DNA of 64,000 nt from Patescibacteria group bacterium. GTDB taxonomy: Bacteria; Patescibacteriota; Patescibacteriia; CAIXNZ01. The stretch is from contig JBAZJU010000003.1 in assembly GCA_041651155.1 (NCBI GenBank), positions 19,789-83,788 on the forward strand. Direction: 5' to 3'. The notes beneath the pieces are model-generated. The model searched no databases. It was given only the letters and a program-made list of their open reading frames with translations, and had not been told where the DNA came from. The position numbers and the translations under genes were made by a program. The stretch's first letter is position 1, and the number at the start of each line of letters is the position of its first letter. Of the stretch, positions 55,415-64,000 are shown piece after piece.

Positions 55415-57832
55415 TCAATCCTTTGAGATCTTCAATTCATTTTCCAATTCTGCCAGTATTTCATAAGCTCGGTCAGTTAATGGTTTGGGTAGGCCAGCGA
55501 GTTTGGCGACTTCAATGCCATAGGAGCGGTCAATGCCGCCGGGAATTATTTTTCTTAAAAATATAACACCTGTTTCAGTTTCTTTAACTGAAACAGAATA
55601 ATTTTTGGCCTTATCTAATTTATCTACTAAATCAATTAATTCATGGTAATGTGTGGCAAACAAGGTTTTGGCTTTGATATTTTTATAAATATATTCCACA
55701 ATGGCCCAGGCAATGGAAACGCCGTCAAAAGTAGATGTTCCCCTGCCCAATTCATCCAGGACAATAAAACTTTTACTGGTTGCATTATTTAAAATATTGG
55801 CTGCTTCCTGCATTTCCACCATAAAGGTTGATTGTCCTCGGATAAGGTTGTCTGAAGCGCCTACGCGAGTAAATATGCGGTCTGTAAGGCCTATTTTAGC
55901 GCTTTGGCAAGGCACATATGAGCCGATTTGGGCTAAAAGTATAATTAGGGCTGTTTGGCGCAAATAGCTTGATTTGCCGCTCATATTTGGTCCGGTCAGT
56001 AAAATTAACTGATGGTCAGTATGATTAAATAAGCCATCATTAGGCACATAGGAGTCAGTTTGTAATTTTTCAATCACTGGATGGCGGCCATTTTTAATTT
56101 CAATTGCTTCGCCGTCGTTTAATTCTGGCTTAGAGTAATTATTTAGTAAAGCAATATTGGCAAAGTTTAGTAAAACATCCAGCTGGGCAATAATATAAGC
56201 TGTGTTTTGAATGGCTTCAAAATACTTTGCCACTTCATTTCTAATTTCCCAGAATAATCTTTGTTCCAGTTCTATAATTTTTTCTTCAGCGCCTAAAACC
56301 TTTTGTTCATATTCTTTCAGTTCTGGCGTAACAAAACGTTCAGCATTAACTAATGTTTGTTTGCGTGTGTAATCAACGGGCACTTGAGCTAAATTAGAAT
56401 TAGACACTTCAATATAGTAACCAAATATTTTATTAAATTTAACTTTGAGTGAAGAAATGCCGCTTCTTTGAATTTCTTTAGTTTGTAAATCTTTGAGCCA
56501 GTCCTTGCCTGAACGACTAATCTTTCTTAATTCATCAAGTTCAGCATTATAACCATCAGCAATCATTTCGCCTTCGGTAATTAAAAGCGGTGGATCTTCA
56601 GCAATTGATTTTTGGATTAAATCAACGACTTCTTGGTGTTCGTCTAGATTTTTATGGCAAAGTTTTAGTAGTTTAGAATCACAATTATTAATAATGCTTC
56701 TTATTTGCGGCATTAGCATTAAAGAATTTTTAAGATTAACTAAGTCCCTGGCATTTGCTCTTTTACAACCTAGCCTGCCTATTAATCTTTCTATATCCGA
56801 GATATTTTTAAATTCGCCTTTCAAATTTTCACGCAAATCCAGATTTCTATAAAATTCTTCAACTGCGTCTAGTCGCTGCTGGACTTTGTCCAAATTAATT
56901 AAAGGATGTAAAAGCCAATTGCGAAGCAATCTGCCGCCCATGCCTGTTTGAGTTTGATCAAGGATGGAAATTAACGAACCTTTTTCTTCAAAAAATTGGA
57001 ATGTATATAAAAGTTCTAAATTTCTGATAGTCGCCTCATCTAAAATCATGTAGTCAGAAAGATTATAAAGAGAAAGCTTATTTATGTGTTCCAAACTTGT
57101 TTTTTGGGTGTCTTTTAAATAGTTAATTAAATTTCCAGCAGCTTCAATGCCGGTTAAATATTTTTCAACACCAAAACTTTGCAATGATTTAACTTTAAAA
57201 TGCTCCAGTAAAGTTTCAGTAGCAGGATGAAATAAAGCAGGATAAAATAAGTTAAGATTGGAAATTTGTTCAAGTTTTGTTTTTAAATTTAAATTTTCAT
57301 TTAGATCAGGAGTAATAATAATTTCTGAAGGCAAAATTCTATTTAATTCATTAATTAAATCATCCAGTTTATTTAATTCAGATAATTTAAATTCACCGGT
57401 TGTCAAATCAACAAACGCAATCCCCCACTTATTATCTTTATTAAATAAAGAGACTAAATAATTATTTCTTTTATTTTCCAAGATATTATTATCCAAAGTT
57501 GTGCCAGGCGTAATAATTCTAATTACTGAACGTTCAACCAGGCCGGGTAAATTAGGGTCAGTCATTTGTTCGCAGATAGCAACTTTTTTGCCAGCCCTGG
57601 TTAGTTTGGCAATATAACCATCAGCCGCATGGTAAGGAATGCCGCACATAGGGGTTTCATTAACAGTGCCTTTATTACGCGCTGTGAGCGTGATATTAAG
57701 TATTTTAGACGCTTCTAAGGCATCTGGACCAAACATTTCATAAAAGTCGCCCAAACGAAAAAAGAGAATGCAGTCTTGGTGCTTTTCTTTGATGGCACGG
57801 TATTGTTTGAGCATGGGGGTGAGTTCGGACAT
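55415..57832 (-). CDS. mutS: DNA mismatch repair protein MutS (MutS1)
   Basis: 805 aa. N-terminal mismatch-binding GDFYEMF. Walker A GPNMSGKS. C-terminal HTH/dimerisation region. Confidence 0.9.
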   Translation of the reverse strand: MSELTPMLKQYRAIKEKHQDCILFFRLGDFYEMFGPDALEASKILNITLTARNKGTVNETPMCGIPYHAADGYIAKLTRAGKKVAICEQMTDPNLPGLVERSVIRIITPGTTLDNNILENKRNNYLVSLFNKDNKWGIAFVDLTTGEFKLSELNKLDDLINELNRILPSEIIITPDLNENLNLKTKLEQISNLNLFYPALFHPATETLLEHFKVKSLQSFGVEKYLTGIEAAGNLINYLKDTQKTSLEHINKLSLYNLSDYMILDEATIRNLELLYTFQFFEEKGSLISILDQTQTGMGGRLLRNWLLHPLINLDKVQQRLDAVEEFYRNLDLRENLKGEFKNISDIERLIGRLGCKRANARDLVNLKNSLMLMPQIRSIINNCDSKLLKLCHKNLDEHQEVVDLIQKSIAEDPPLLITEGEMIADGYNAELDELRKISRSGKDWLKDLQTKEIQRSGISSLKVKFNKIFGYYIEVSNSNLAQVPVDYTRKQTLVNAERFVTPELKEYEQKVLGAEEKIIELEQRLFWEIRNEVAKYFEAIQNTAYIIAQLDVLLNFANIALLNNYSKPELNDGEAIEIKNGRHPVIEKLQTDSYVPNDGLFNHTDHQLILLTGPNMSGKSSYLRQTALIILLAQIGSYVPCQSAKIGLTDRIFTRVGASDNLIRGQSTFMVEMQEAANILNNATSKSFIVLDELGRGTSTFDGVSIAWAIVEYIYKNIKAKTLFATHYHELIDLVDKLDKAKNYSVSVKETETGVIFLRKIIPGGIDRSYGIEVAKLAGLPKPLTDRAYEILAELENELKISKD

Positions 57833-58063
57833 AAATATTTTGATAACTGATTGCAGATTACTGATTTCAGCAAAGAATCTTTAATCAGCAATCCGAAATC
57901 TGTAATCGTAGATACAATAAATCTACCAATTTTTACCTTTTTTGTAAATAAAAAAGGGCGATGTGATTCGCCCTAGATGTGTCCGCCTTCCCAAGCGCTT
58001 CGGTACTCCCCCGAAGTATTACAAGCCCCTTTTTTTGACATGGGTTGGTCAAACTGCAACTTG

Positions 58064-58531
58064 TTACTCGGGTTTAACCTCATTGACAAGGTTTGGCCTT
58101 TGGCCCTCTGGGTAGATTGCAAACTCTATGGCTAAGAGTTTCTCAATACTGCAATTTCCCCATTTTCTACTTTCTCGCTCTGCCTGGCATTCTCGCGTGA
58201 AGTACTCGCAATCTCTGTCACAGCATTCCTGGTGGCGAAGGATTTCTTCAGCCAACATTGATTCTCCTTGAAAGTTCTTGAAATGTGCAACTTTTAGGAG
58301 GTGGAACTGAGTGCAATTGCGAGTGCAACATGGGCAGGGATCCTCGTTGCACGTGCCGTTTCCGTAACATTCTTTGGGGCATGCATATTGGCTGGGATCA
58401 AGCTGGCAAATTCTGCCGGCTTTTTTAAGATCCCCTTCGGGAACCTCTTGTACGGGCAAGCCCACGATTTTGAGGGTTTGAATAAAATATTCGTAACCCC
58501 CGTGGCCTATGACTGCTCTGCTTTCTGACAT
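58064..58531 (-). CDS. Cysteine-rich hypothetical protein (16 Cys in 155 aa)
   Basis: Cys clusters CPKECYGNGTC, CPCC and CC..C. Lies in a GC-richer islet. RBS AAAAGGAGAG and minus-strand promoter TTGACA-17-TATATT upstream. Confidence 0.45.
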   Translation of the reverse strand: MSESRAVIGHGGYEYFIQTLKIVGLPVQEVPEGDLKKAGRICQLDPSQYACPKECYGNGTCNEDPCPCCTRNCTQFHLLKVAHFKNFQGESMLAEEILRHQECCDRDCEYFTRECQAERESRKWGNCSIEKLLAIEFAIYPEGQRPNLVNEVKPE

Positions 58532-58727
58532 GGCTCTCTCCTTTTCTGGTTAGGGTTTTGGGGTCAATCTGACCTTAGGATTGATTAGGATCTTTTAAAT
58601 CATGAGTTCGTTTTTCACAGATTTTAAATTTTGCAGATCCCCAATCCAGAAAAGTGCCATCTTAATAAGACAATATAACAAATCTTTGAGAATTTGTCAA
58701 TAGTTTGCCCAAATAACATAGTTTGCC

Positions 58728-59055
58728 CAAATAAAAGAGAGAGAATCAGTTGACTCTCTCTCGCCCTCAAGGTAATGCTAGCTTAGCCCCTTTAAATGAG
58801 CCACGCTCATTCACCTCGTTTTGCCAAGGTGACTCTTGTTCCTTAAGGGATATAAACTTTTTAGAAACTCGTCGCGAGATCCCCACTAACTTCGACGAAG
58901 TGATTTTTTTATAAGAACAACGGAATGATAGATTATTGTCTCAGCTCGTTAGGCCTGGGCATTTAAGGGTTTTACCTTAAACGACAATATGTGTGGGGTT
59001 GCCCTGCTTGGGATAACTTCCACGTCACATGACGTGCAACTCTATTTCTAGAGCC
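58728..59055 (-). ncRNA. Candidate approx 320-nt ncRNA (minus strand): promoter TTGACA (rc 59086-59091) -17- TAATCT; terminator GAGAGAGA-loop-TCTCTCTC + U-tract (58728-58766)
   Basis: No ORF. Multiple hairpins (CACGTCATGTGACGTG; AATGAGCGTGGCTCATT). The same terminator module also ends the adjacent small-protein operon (59114-59153). Confidence 0.3.
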
Positions 59056-59113
59056 TAAAAATAGATTAGCATATCTTTAAAATTTTGTCAAGCCCGTTGT
59101 AGATAATTTTTGC

Positions 59114-59153
59114 CCAAATAAAAGAGAGAGAATCAGTTGACTCTCTCTCGCCC
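59114..59153 (-). terminator. Intrinsic terminator of the three-gene small-protein operon (duplicate of the 58728-58766 module)
   Basis: GAGAGAGAATCAGTTGACTCTCTCTC hairpin plus a U-rich tract on the minus strand. Confidence 0.55.
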
Positions 59154-59171
59154 TTAATAAGGGATATAAAT

Positions 59172-59357
59172 TTAGTTTGTCGGGCTGTCTTCCTCAACCG
59201 TCTTGAGATCTGGCATCTCACTTAGGCTGATAGCAAGCAACCATCTTGCCTTTTTCCTTAATTTGCGGATACGTGTCGCATCCTTCTCAGAAAGTGGCTT
59301 TGACATTAGCTTCCGTAATTCCTCATCATTTAATTTCCTTGTATCCAACATGATCAA
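59172..59357 (-). CDS. Small acidic-tailed protein, paralog 1 (61 aa)
   Basis: The shared motif D/EEQLRKL..P.SK.D...IR reappears in the next two ORFs. Start overlaps the upstream stop (ATGA), indicating translational coupling. Confidence 0.45.
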   Translation of the reverse strand: MIMLDTRKLNDEELRKLMSKPLSEKDATRIRKLRKKARWLLAISLSEMPDLKTVEEDSPTN

Positions 59358-59566
59358 TCCTCCTTTTCATCATCGGGTTCATTTTTCTCACGTTCCATTT
59401 GCTCAAGATTGGAAGCAAGCAAGCCTCTATCGGCTTCTCTTATCTCACGTAACCACTGCACTTCCTCCTTGGACATTGGAGCAAATATCAATTTGCGAAG
59501 CTGTTCATGGGTTAATTGTTTCGTTCTACGCATGATTCTCCCTCCTCGTTTTAGGCAATGCACCAA
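59354..59566 (-). CDS. Small acidic-tailed protein, paralog 2 (70 aa)
   Basis: LTHEQLRKLIFAPMSKEEVQWLREIREADRGLL. Acidic C-terminus EPDDEKED. RBS GAGGAGGGAG. Confidence 0.45.
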   Translation of the reverse strand: MVHCLKRGGRIMRRTKQLTHEQLRKLIFAPMSKEEVQWLREIREADRGLLASNLEQMEREKNEPDDEKED

Positions 59567-59686
59567 AGATGCACGCCAAGTTAAGGTTGCTGTTTCGGAG
59601 CCTACTTTCTCTATTTTTTTTACAGCACCCGAGGAGGTTTTAAAATGGGGGTCAAAGGTGACCCCCGCACAAATTTTTGCCCGAAC

Positions 59687-59857
59687 TTAATCAGGTTCCG
59701 ATTCGGTTTCCTCGCGATCCATGTCAAAAAGATTACGTGCCAAAAGCCAGCTATCAGCTTTATCAGCTTCGCGTAGTCTCTCCGCGTCCTCTTTAGAAAG
59801 AGGCTTAAACAATAATTCACGAATTTGTTCAGCAGTTAGGTTTTTAATATCTGACAT
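59687..59857 (-). CDS. Small acidic-tailed protein, paralog 3 (56 aa; below ORF-track cutoff)
   Basis: Hand translation gives MSDIKNLTAEQIRELLFKPLSKEDAERLREADKADSWLLARNLFDMDREETESEPD. Minus-strand promoter TTGACA-17-TATACT at about 59975-60003. RBS AAAGGGGG. Confidence 0.4.
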   Translation of the reverse strand: MSDIKNLTAEQIRELLFKPLSKEDAERLREADKADSWLLARNLFDMDREETESEPD

Positions 59858-60055
59858 TAAGAAACCCCCTTTCAGGCATTTTTTGCCTTGTTAATGGTTG
59901 CCGTTTAGAAAACTACTTCTTTTTTTCTTTCGGCTACCGAGGAGGTTTTAAAATGTAATATAAATGTACTTTGTTAAAGCAGTATAGCGCATTTTGAAAA
60001 AATTGTCAACCCAGCACTTCGCGAAGAGCTGGGTCAATGGTTTAGCAATTTAAAA

Positions 60056-60159
60056 AGCGAAAACGCACCTTTGTCCTCACGTCATCCAGAGCGAATCGTG
60101 GGATCCTTGAAATCAAGGATTCTTCACTCCGTTCTGAATGACAAGGGGGCGTTTTCGCT
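60056..60159. repeat. MITE/REP-like palindromic element with 11-bp perfect termini AGCGAAAACGC / GCGTTTTCGCT and an internal CAAGGATTCTTC and CTGAATGACAAGGGGG core related to the 30.6-30.85 kb repeats
   Basis: Inverted termini at 60056-60066 and 60149-60159. Internal segments match the 30789-30842 units. Overlaps the last 2 nt of the 60158-61309 ORF. Confidence 0.5.
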
Positions 60160-61309
60160 AATTTTTAGGCGCATAAGTATAGACATTCCTTGCATTCCAA
60201 AGTAAATAGCCATAAGTACCAGCTTGCGAGGCGGCTTTGATTTGTAAATCAACCATAGCCGGCGTATATATTGCTCCCATATTAAAATCTTGCAACCAAG
60301 GTCTGATTTTAGCGCGCACGTTTTCCACTACTATAAGGCTTTCTTCACCTTTGGTTAAAGCATAGTTTACAACTTTATAGGGCTCAGCAGCTGGATTTTT
60401 TATATTCAAATATCCGCTGGGATAATGAGAAGGATAAACCATAGGGCAAACATAATCAAAATAAAGCGCCGCATCTTCTATTTGCTGGCCAATATTCATA
60501 TCATCTGTTCTTTCAGTAGTAAAGCCAAATAAATCAGCGGAAATATAGGCCGGTTCGGTTTTTAAATTTTCATACAAATACTTAAAAAATTCTTTCATCA
60601 CATAAGCCTTTGGCTTGCCGCCAAAGCCGGCAAATTTCATCTGCGCCATTGGACCGTCAGATGGAAAACGGATATAATCAAAATTCACTTCGTCAAATCC
60701 GAGAGAGATCGCTTCTTTGGCAATATCTAAATTATATTTCCAAACCTCCTGATTAGTCGGATCAGCCCAGGCCAAACCTTTATAATCGTGCCAGACGCCG
60801 CCAGTACTGCTATTCTGAACAGCCCAAGTTGGCTTTTTATTAGTTAAAGCAGGATCTTGAAAAACAGTCTGCCTGGCAATGACATAGATATTATTATCAT
60901 GCAGTTTTTTTATTAAACCAGGCACATCTTTGATTAAATTACGATCTGTTTGCAATTGGTTGACCAAATCAATTTGGCTATCATAAGCAATTACTCCGGA
61001 ATAATCTTTTATGTCTATAACCACTGCATTTAATGCGCTGCCTTTCATAAAACTAATAATATTATCAATTTTGGCAGATGACCCCGCACTGTTAGAAGTC
61101 AAATAAAGGCCTTTAATTTCTTTGGCAGCTGGTTTGGCTCTTTTTATTTCTTTAACTTTTTCAGTAATTTGCACATTTAAAGTTTTATTAATTTGGTTGC
61201 TTGTATTTTGGGCAAAAATTTCTGATCGACTAGTAAAAAAATAAAAGATAGCTGCGCCAATGGTAGCAACTAAAATAACATTTACTAAAATTAAAAATAA
61301 TTTTCGCAT
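60158..61309 (-). CDS. Membrane-anchored putative glycoside-hydrolase-like TIM-barrel protein (GHL/DUF4015-like)
   Basis: N-terminal TM. Pattern ALNAVVIDIKDYSG...YVIARQTVFQD...FDEVNFDYIRFP resembles the GHL family found in exopolysaccharide loci. Confidence 0.45.
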   Translation of the reverse strand: MRKLFLILVNVILVATIGAAIFYFFTSRSEIFAQNTSNQINKTLNVQITEKVKEIKRAKPAAKEIKGLYLTSNSAGSSAKIDNIISFMKGSALNAVVIDIKDYSGVIAYDSQIDLVNQLQTDRNLIKDVPGLIKKLHDNNIYVIARQTVFQDPALTNKKPTWAVQNSSTGGVWHDYKGLAWADPTNQEVWKYNLDIAKEAISLGFDEVNFDYIRFPSDGPMAQMKFAGFGGKPKAYVMKEFFKYLYENLKTEPAYISADLFGFTTERTDDMNIGQQIEDAALYFDYVCPMVYPSHYPSGYLNIKNPAAEPYKVVNYALTKGEESLIVVENVRAKIRPWLQDFNMGAIYTPAMVDLQIKAASQAGTYGYLLWNARNVYTYAPKN

Positions 61310-61912
61310 TTATTTTAATCCTTTATCTTCATCAATTGTTATTTGCGCTGGTATAGTTGGGAATTCAAAAACTGTATTAATTGGCTTAATAACTTTATAA
61401 TTTGTGAAATAAAAATTTTCCAAATTAATGACTTTTTTTTGCCAATCAGCTCCGTAAACTTCAGTTAACAGCGCCTTATCATTAATCGCGCTTATTTGGC
61501 CATTACTTACCACTAAATAAATATTTGGATCAGTTGGTGTTTGCATTAAACTGCCTGGCCGCAAAGTAACATTGCCGCCCAAAGGCGTTTCATAAAGCTT
61601 ATTTAAGTCATACTCCATGATATCCGCCACGCTGATTTGCGCAAACCATGATTTATAGGTCTCAATGGTCGGGAAAATGTATCTCTTGCCATCCGCCCCA
61701 TAATAGTAGATGTCGTTACTTTCACTCCTTTTAAGCTTATTAAACTCAGCTGAAGCAAATTTATAATTTTGATAATTAGCTGCTTGCTTTTTGGCATTAT
61801 TAATTTGCTTGGTTTCACTATTTTTACCCAAGGTTAACAGGCCCATAATTCCGATTATACTTATAAAAAGAATTACAACGCCAATAATAAAATATTTATA
61901 GAATTTTTTCAT
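61310..61912 (-). CDS. Membrane-anchored hypothetical protein
   Basis: N-terminal TM helix then a soluble domain. Directly abuts the downstream gene (operon). Confidence 0.4.
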   Translation of the reverse strand: MKKFYKYFIIGVVILFISIIGIMGLLTLGKNSETKQINNAKKQAANYQNYKFASAEFNKLKRSESNDIYYYGADGKRYIFPTIETYKSWFAQISVADIMEYDLNKLYETPLGGNVTLRPGSLMQTPTDPNIYLVVSNGQISAINDKALLTEVYGADWQKKVINLENFYFTNYKVIKPINTVFEFPTIPAQITIDEDKGLK

Positions 61913-62002
61913 AAAATTTTTAATTTAATATGTGCTTATAGTTTAGCAAAAAATACGATTTTTTCAACTCCCTTTTTAAAAAGCCTTGTTTTAACAAGGC
62001 CT

Positions 62003-63325
62003 TTACTGCTCCCTTTTTACAGTTTTTATAATAATCCATTTTTCTAATTTGCGAATATCAGCCAAAAGTTCACTTCTGGTTTTGGCATTTAAAGTAAAGC
62101 CAACTACAAATGTGTGGCCGTGTTTTGACAATCCAGCATAATCCCCCACTCTTTTTTCCTGCCTAAATTTGACTAAAGATTTTAATTCTTGGGCTTTTTT
62201 CAAACCCTTAATGGCAACTATTTTGCCGGATTTATGCGGCCAGAATTTCATAAAAACTGTCTGTAGATTCTTGGTCTTTTTTAAAACAGGTTTTTTGCCT
62301 AAATGGATTAATAAATCATTTAAATTGTGGCATAAGCCAAATGAGTAATAAAGAAGTTCTTCCCGAAACCCGCCTGTTCTGCAGGCTAATTCTATCACTT
62401 TCCAGCCTTTGGGCGTTTTCATTAATTCACAATGGACAGTGCAGGAACGCAAGCCAACTGCATGAATGGCTTTAGCCACGACATCTTGTGCTTTAAGCTC
62501 TTCTTCTTTCACTAAAACAGAAGGTGTAATTTGAGTGTACATGAATAAATCATCATAACCTGCGTCTTTCCCGGTTTTAATTTCAATGATCGGAGTATTA
62601 TAAATTCTGCCATAAGAATTAACATAGGCATCAATAGAATACATCTGGCCCTCCATTAATTCCTCAACAATTATCTTAGGCTCTGTTTCAGCAAAATCTT
62701 TTTTATAAAGCGTATTTATTTTACGAAAAGCATCTTTTAAATTTTTTTCCAGTTCTTCTTTATAATAGCAATTAATAACCAGTTTGCTTTTGGATAAATT
62801 AGTCGGCTTTATAACACAGGGAAAACCGACTCGCTCAATAATTTTTTTTATGGTTACCTCTGTGTATTTTTTTACTCGGATAAATTTAGGTGTAATCTGC
62901 GGATAATATCTTTTGAAAGCTTTGCGCATTTCCAATTTATCATTAGCAATCAAAATTGAACGCGACGACGGATTTTTCAAATATGGGAATAATTCTACGA
63001 CCCTGGCATATAAAGGCATGGGAGCTTCATATTTACAAATAGTAATGGCAATCTGGTTGTGATAATCTACCAAGGCTTTTTCTATCAACTCAATTTCGTC
63101 AATTTGGCAACGCACAATCTGGCTTAATAAACCCTGGATTTTGGGCTGGATTTTACGCTTAAGGCTGGTCAGCAAAAAAGGCCTGAATTTTTGGCCTAGC
63201 TCTTTTTCTAATTGTTTTACACTTTCAAGAATAGCGCTTGAAACAGTGCCGATAAATAAGATTATATCTTTTTCGCTTTTAATTTTACCATTGCTTGGTT
63301 TTGAGCGAGACAAGCCGTTAGGCAT
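62003..63325 (-). CDS. ATP-grasp fold ligase with N-terminal domain of unknown function
   Basis: C-terminal half shows ATP-grasp features (GFPCVIKPTNLSKSK, EELMEGQMYSIDAY, glycine-rich loop and Mg-binding E/N pattern). Confidence 0.55.
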   Translation of the reverse strand: MPNGLSRSKPSNGKIKSEKDIILFIGTVSSAILESVKQLEKELGQKFRPFLLTSLKRKIQPKIQGLLSQIVRCQIDEIELIEKALVDYHNQIAITICKYEAPMPLYARVVELFPYLKNPSSRSILIANDKLEMRKAFKRYYPQITPKFIRVKKYTEVTIKKIIERVGFPCVIKPTNLSKSKLVINCYYKEELEKNLKDAFRKINTLYKKDFAETEPKIIVEELMEGQMYSIDAYVNSYGRIYNTPIIEIKTGKDAGYDDLFMYTQITPSVLVKEEELKAQDVVAKAIHAVGLRSCTVHCELMKTPKGWKVIELACRTGGFREELLYYSFGLCHNLNDLLIHLGKKPVLKKTKNLQTVFMKFWPHKSGKIVAIKGLKKAQELKSLVKFRQEKRVGDYAGLSKHGHTFVVGFTLNAKTRSELLADIRKLEKWIIIKTVKREQ

Positions 63326-63495
63326 AAAATTTGTTTAATAAAAAACTTAAAAAGAGAAGTAATTTTTCTTCTCTCCAGCTATATTTGTTTTATGGTTAAA
63401 AAATCTCATATTTTCTTGCAAACACTGAAATTATAGCATTTGATTTTAAGCAAATCAATAAATTTTTGTCAATCCATTTATAACCATTAACGGCC

Positions 63496-63984
63496 TTAAT
63501 TAATTTGATATACATAAATAGAAATATCATTTGGCCTGGGCTTATCAATTACAATCGGCTGCCAGCCTTCAACGAGAAACGCATATGAAATAATTTTAGC
63601 GCCGGGCTTTAATTCTCTGGCTAATTTTTGTTTCAATTTATTGGCAATAGTCGCAGGTACACCAAAAAAATATACAACGTCAGCATCTGATAAATTTTCT
63701 TTAAATAAATTTTTCCGTCTAAAAATTAGATTTTTATTTTTTATAAAAAATTGACGAAATTTACAAATTAAATAAAGAGGCAAAACTCTTTCCAAGCCAA
63801 TTATCTGAGCTGAAGAATTTTTCTGGATATAAATGCTTACCCTGCCATTGCCGCAGCCAAGTTCATAAAATTTCTCACCAGGCTTTAACTCGGCTAGTTT
63901 AAGTATTCTGGGCAGATCTTTTTTCCTGGTAGGCACCCAGGGCGCAAAAGATATTGCTGCCAAGCCAAAAGAAAGAATAATCAA
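63496..63984 (-). CDS. Class I SAM-dependent methyltransferase with N-terminal membrane anchor
   Basis: Motif I YELGCGNGRVSIYI. Length 162 aa. Confidence 0.5.
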   Translation of the reverse strand: MIILSFGLAAISFAPWVPTRKKDLPRILKLAELKPGEKFYELGCGNGRVSIYIQKNSSAQIIGLERVLPLYLICKFRQFFIKNKNLIFRRKNLFKENLSDADVVYFFGVPATIANKLKQKLARELKPGAKIISYAFLVEGWQPIVIDKPRPNDISIYVYQIN

Positions 63985-64000
63985 GAATAATACAAAGATA

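Noticed and set aside
57950-60160. Calling the GC-rich islet a prophage or integrative element
   Set aside because: No integrase, recombinase, att-like direct repeats or phage structural genes. Only compositional deviation and a flanking MITE-like element, which is insufficient.
1-64000. Numerous 60-180-aa antisense or shadow ORFs from the six-frame track (e.g. 420-644, 2282-2485, 3568-3816, 5146-5685, 6259-6702, 12723-13136, 25068-25436, 26708-27115, 28634-29041, 36237-36635, 42318-42629, 43221-43504, 51131-51496, 55701-55967)
   Set aside because: Each lies wholly inside a longer, well-supported gene on the opposite strand or in another frame. No RBS. Compositionally odd. Treated as frame shadows.
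1-64000. tRNA and rRNA genes
   Set aside because: Scanned intergenic regions for T-arm GTTCRANYC motifs, cloverleaf-sized GC-rich segments, and rRNA-like conserved strings. None found.

Overview
This 64-kb window is low-GC (about 35%) and gene-dense, with most genes on the minus strand. The content is consistent with a small-genome uncultivated bacterium, possibly CPR/Patescibacteria-like. The evidence for that guess is compact ribosomal proteins, an rpoA without a C-terminal domain, a short AlaRS, and many apparently leaderless mRNAs. Confident housekeeping calls are clpB, prs, def, fmt, dinB, mutS, mutL, mnmA, alaS and an infA-rpmJ-rpsM-rpsK-rpsD-rpoA-rplQ-rplM-rpsI ribosomal block. There is also a glycosyltransferase/Wzx polysaccharide cluster, and dispersed AmmeMemoRadiSam components (a radical SAM enzyme, a LigB/Memo-like protein and an AMMECR1 protein). 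The most unusual locus is at 23.2-29.6 kb. It holds a TrpRS paralog of the [4Fe-4S] type with degenerate HIGH/KMSKS motifs. That gene is divergent from a translationally coupled operon of two radical-SAM/SPASM enzymes and a thymidylate-kinase-like P-loop kinase. Next to it is a large protein fusing a metallo-beta-lactamase fold with two cyclic-nucleotide-binding domains. Promoters here are near-consensus TTGACA-17-TATAAT and intrinsic terminators are clear. Together they delimit several GC-richer transcription units with no ORF, which I report as candidate structured ncRNAs at 3.2, 9.0-9.5, 22.6-23.6, 49.0 and 58.7-59.1 kb. Other features are TACTAAT/ATTAGTA heptamer arrays at three intergenic sites, a REP/MITE-like palindromic repeat family, and a GC-richer islet downstream of mutS with a Cys-rich protein and three paralogous small acidic proteins. 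No rRNA, tRNA, CRISPR array, transposase or integrase was recognised. All calls rest on reading the sequence and translations; no database search was possible.
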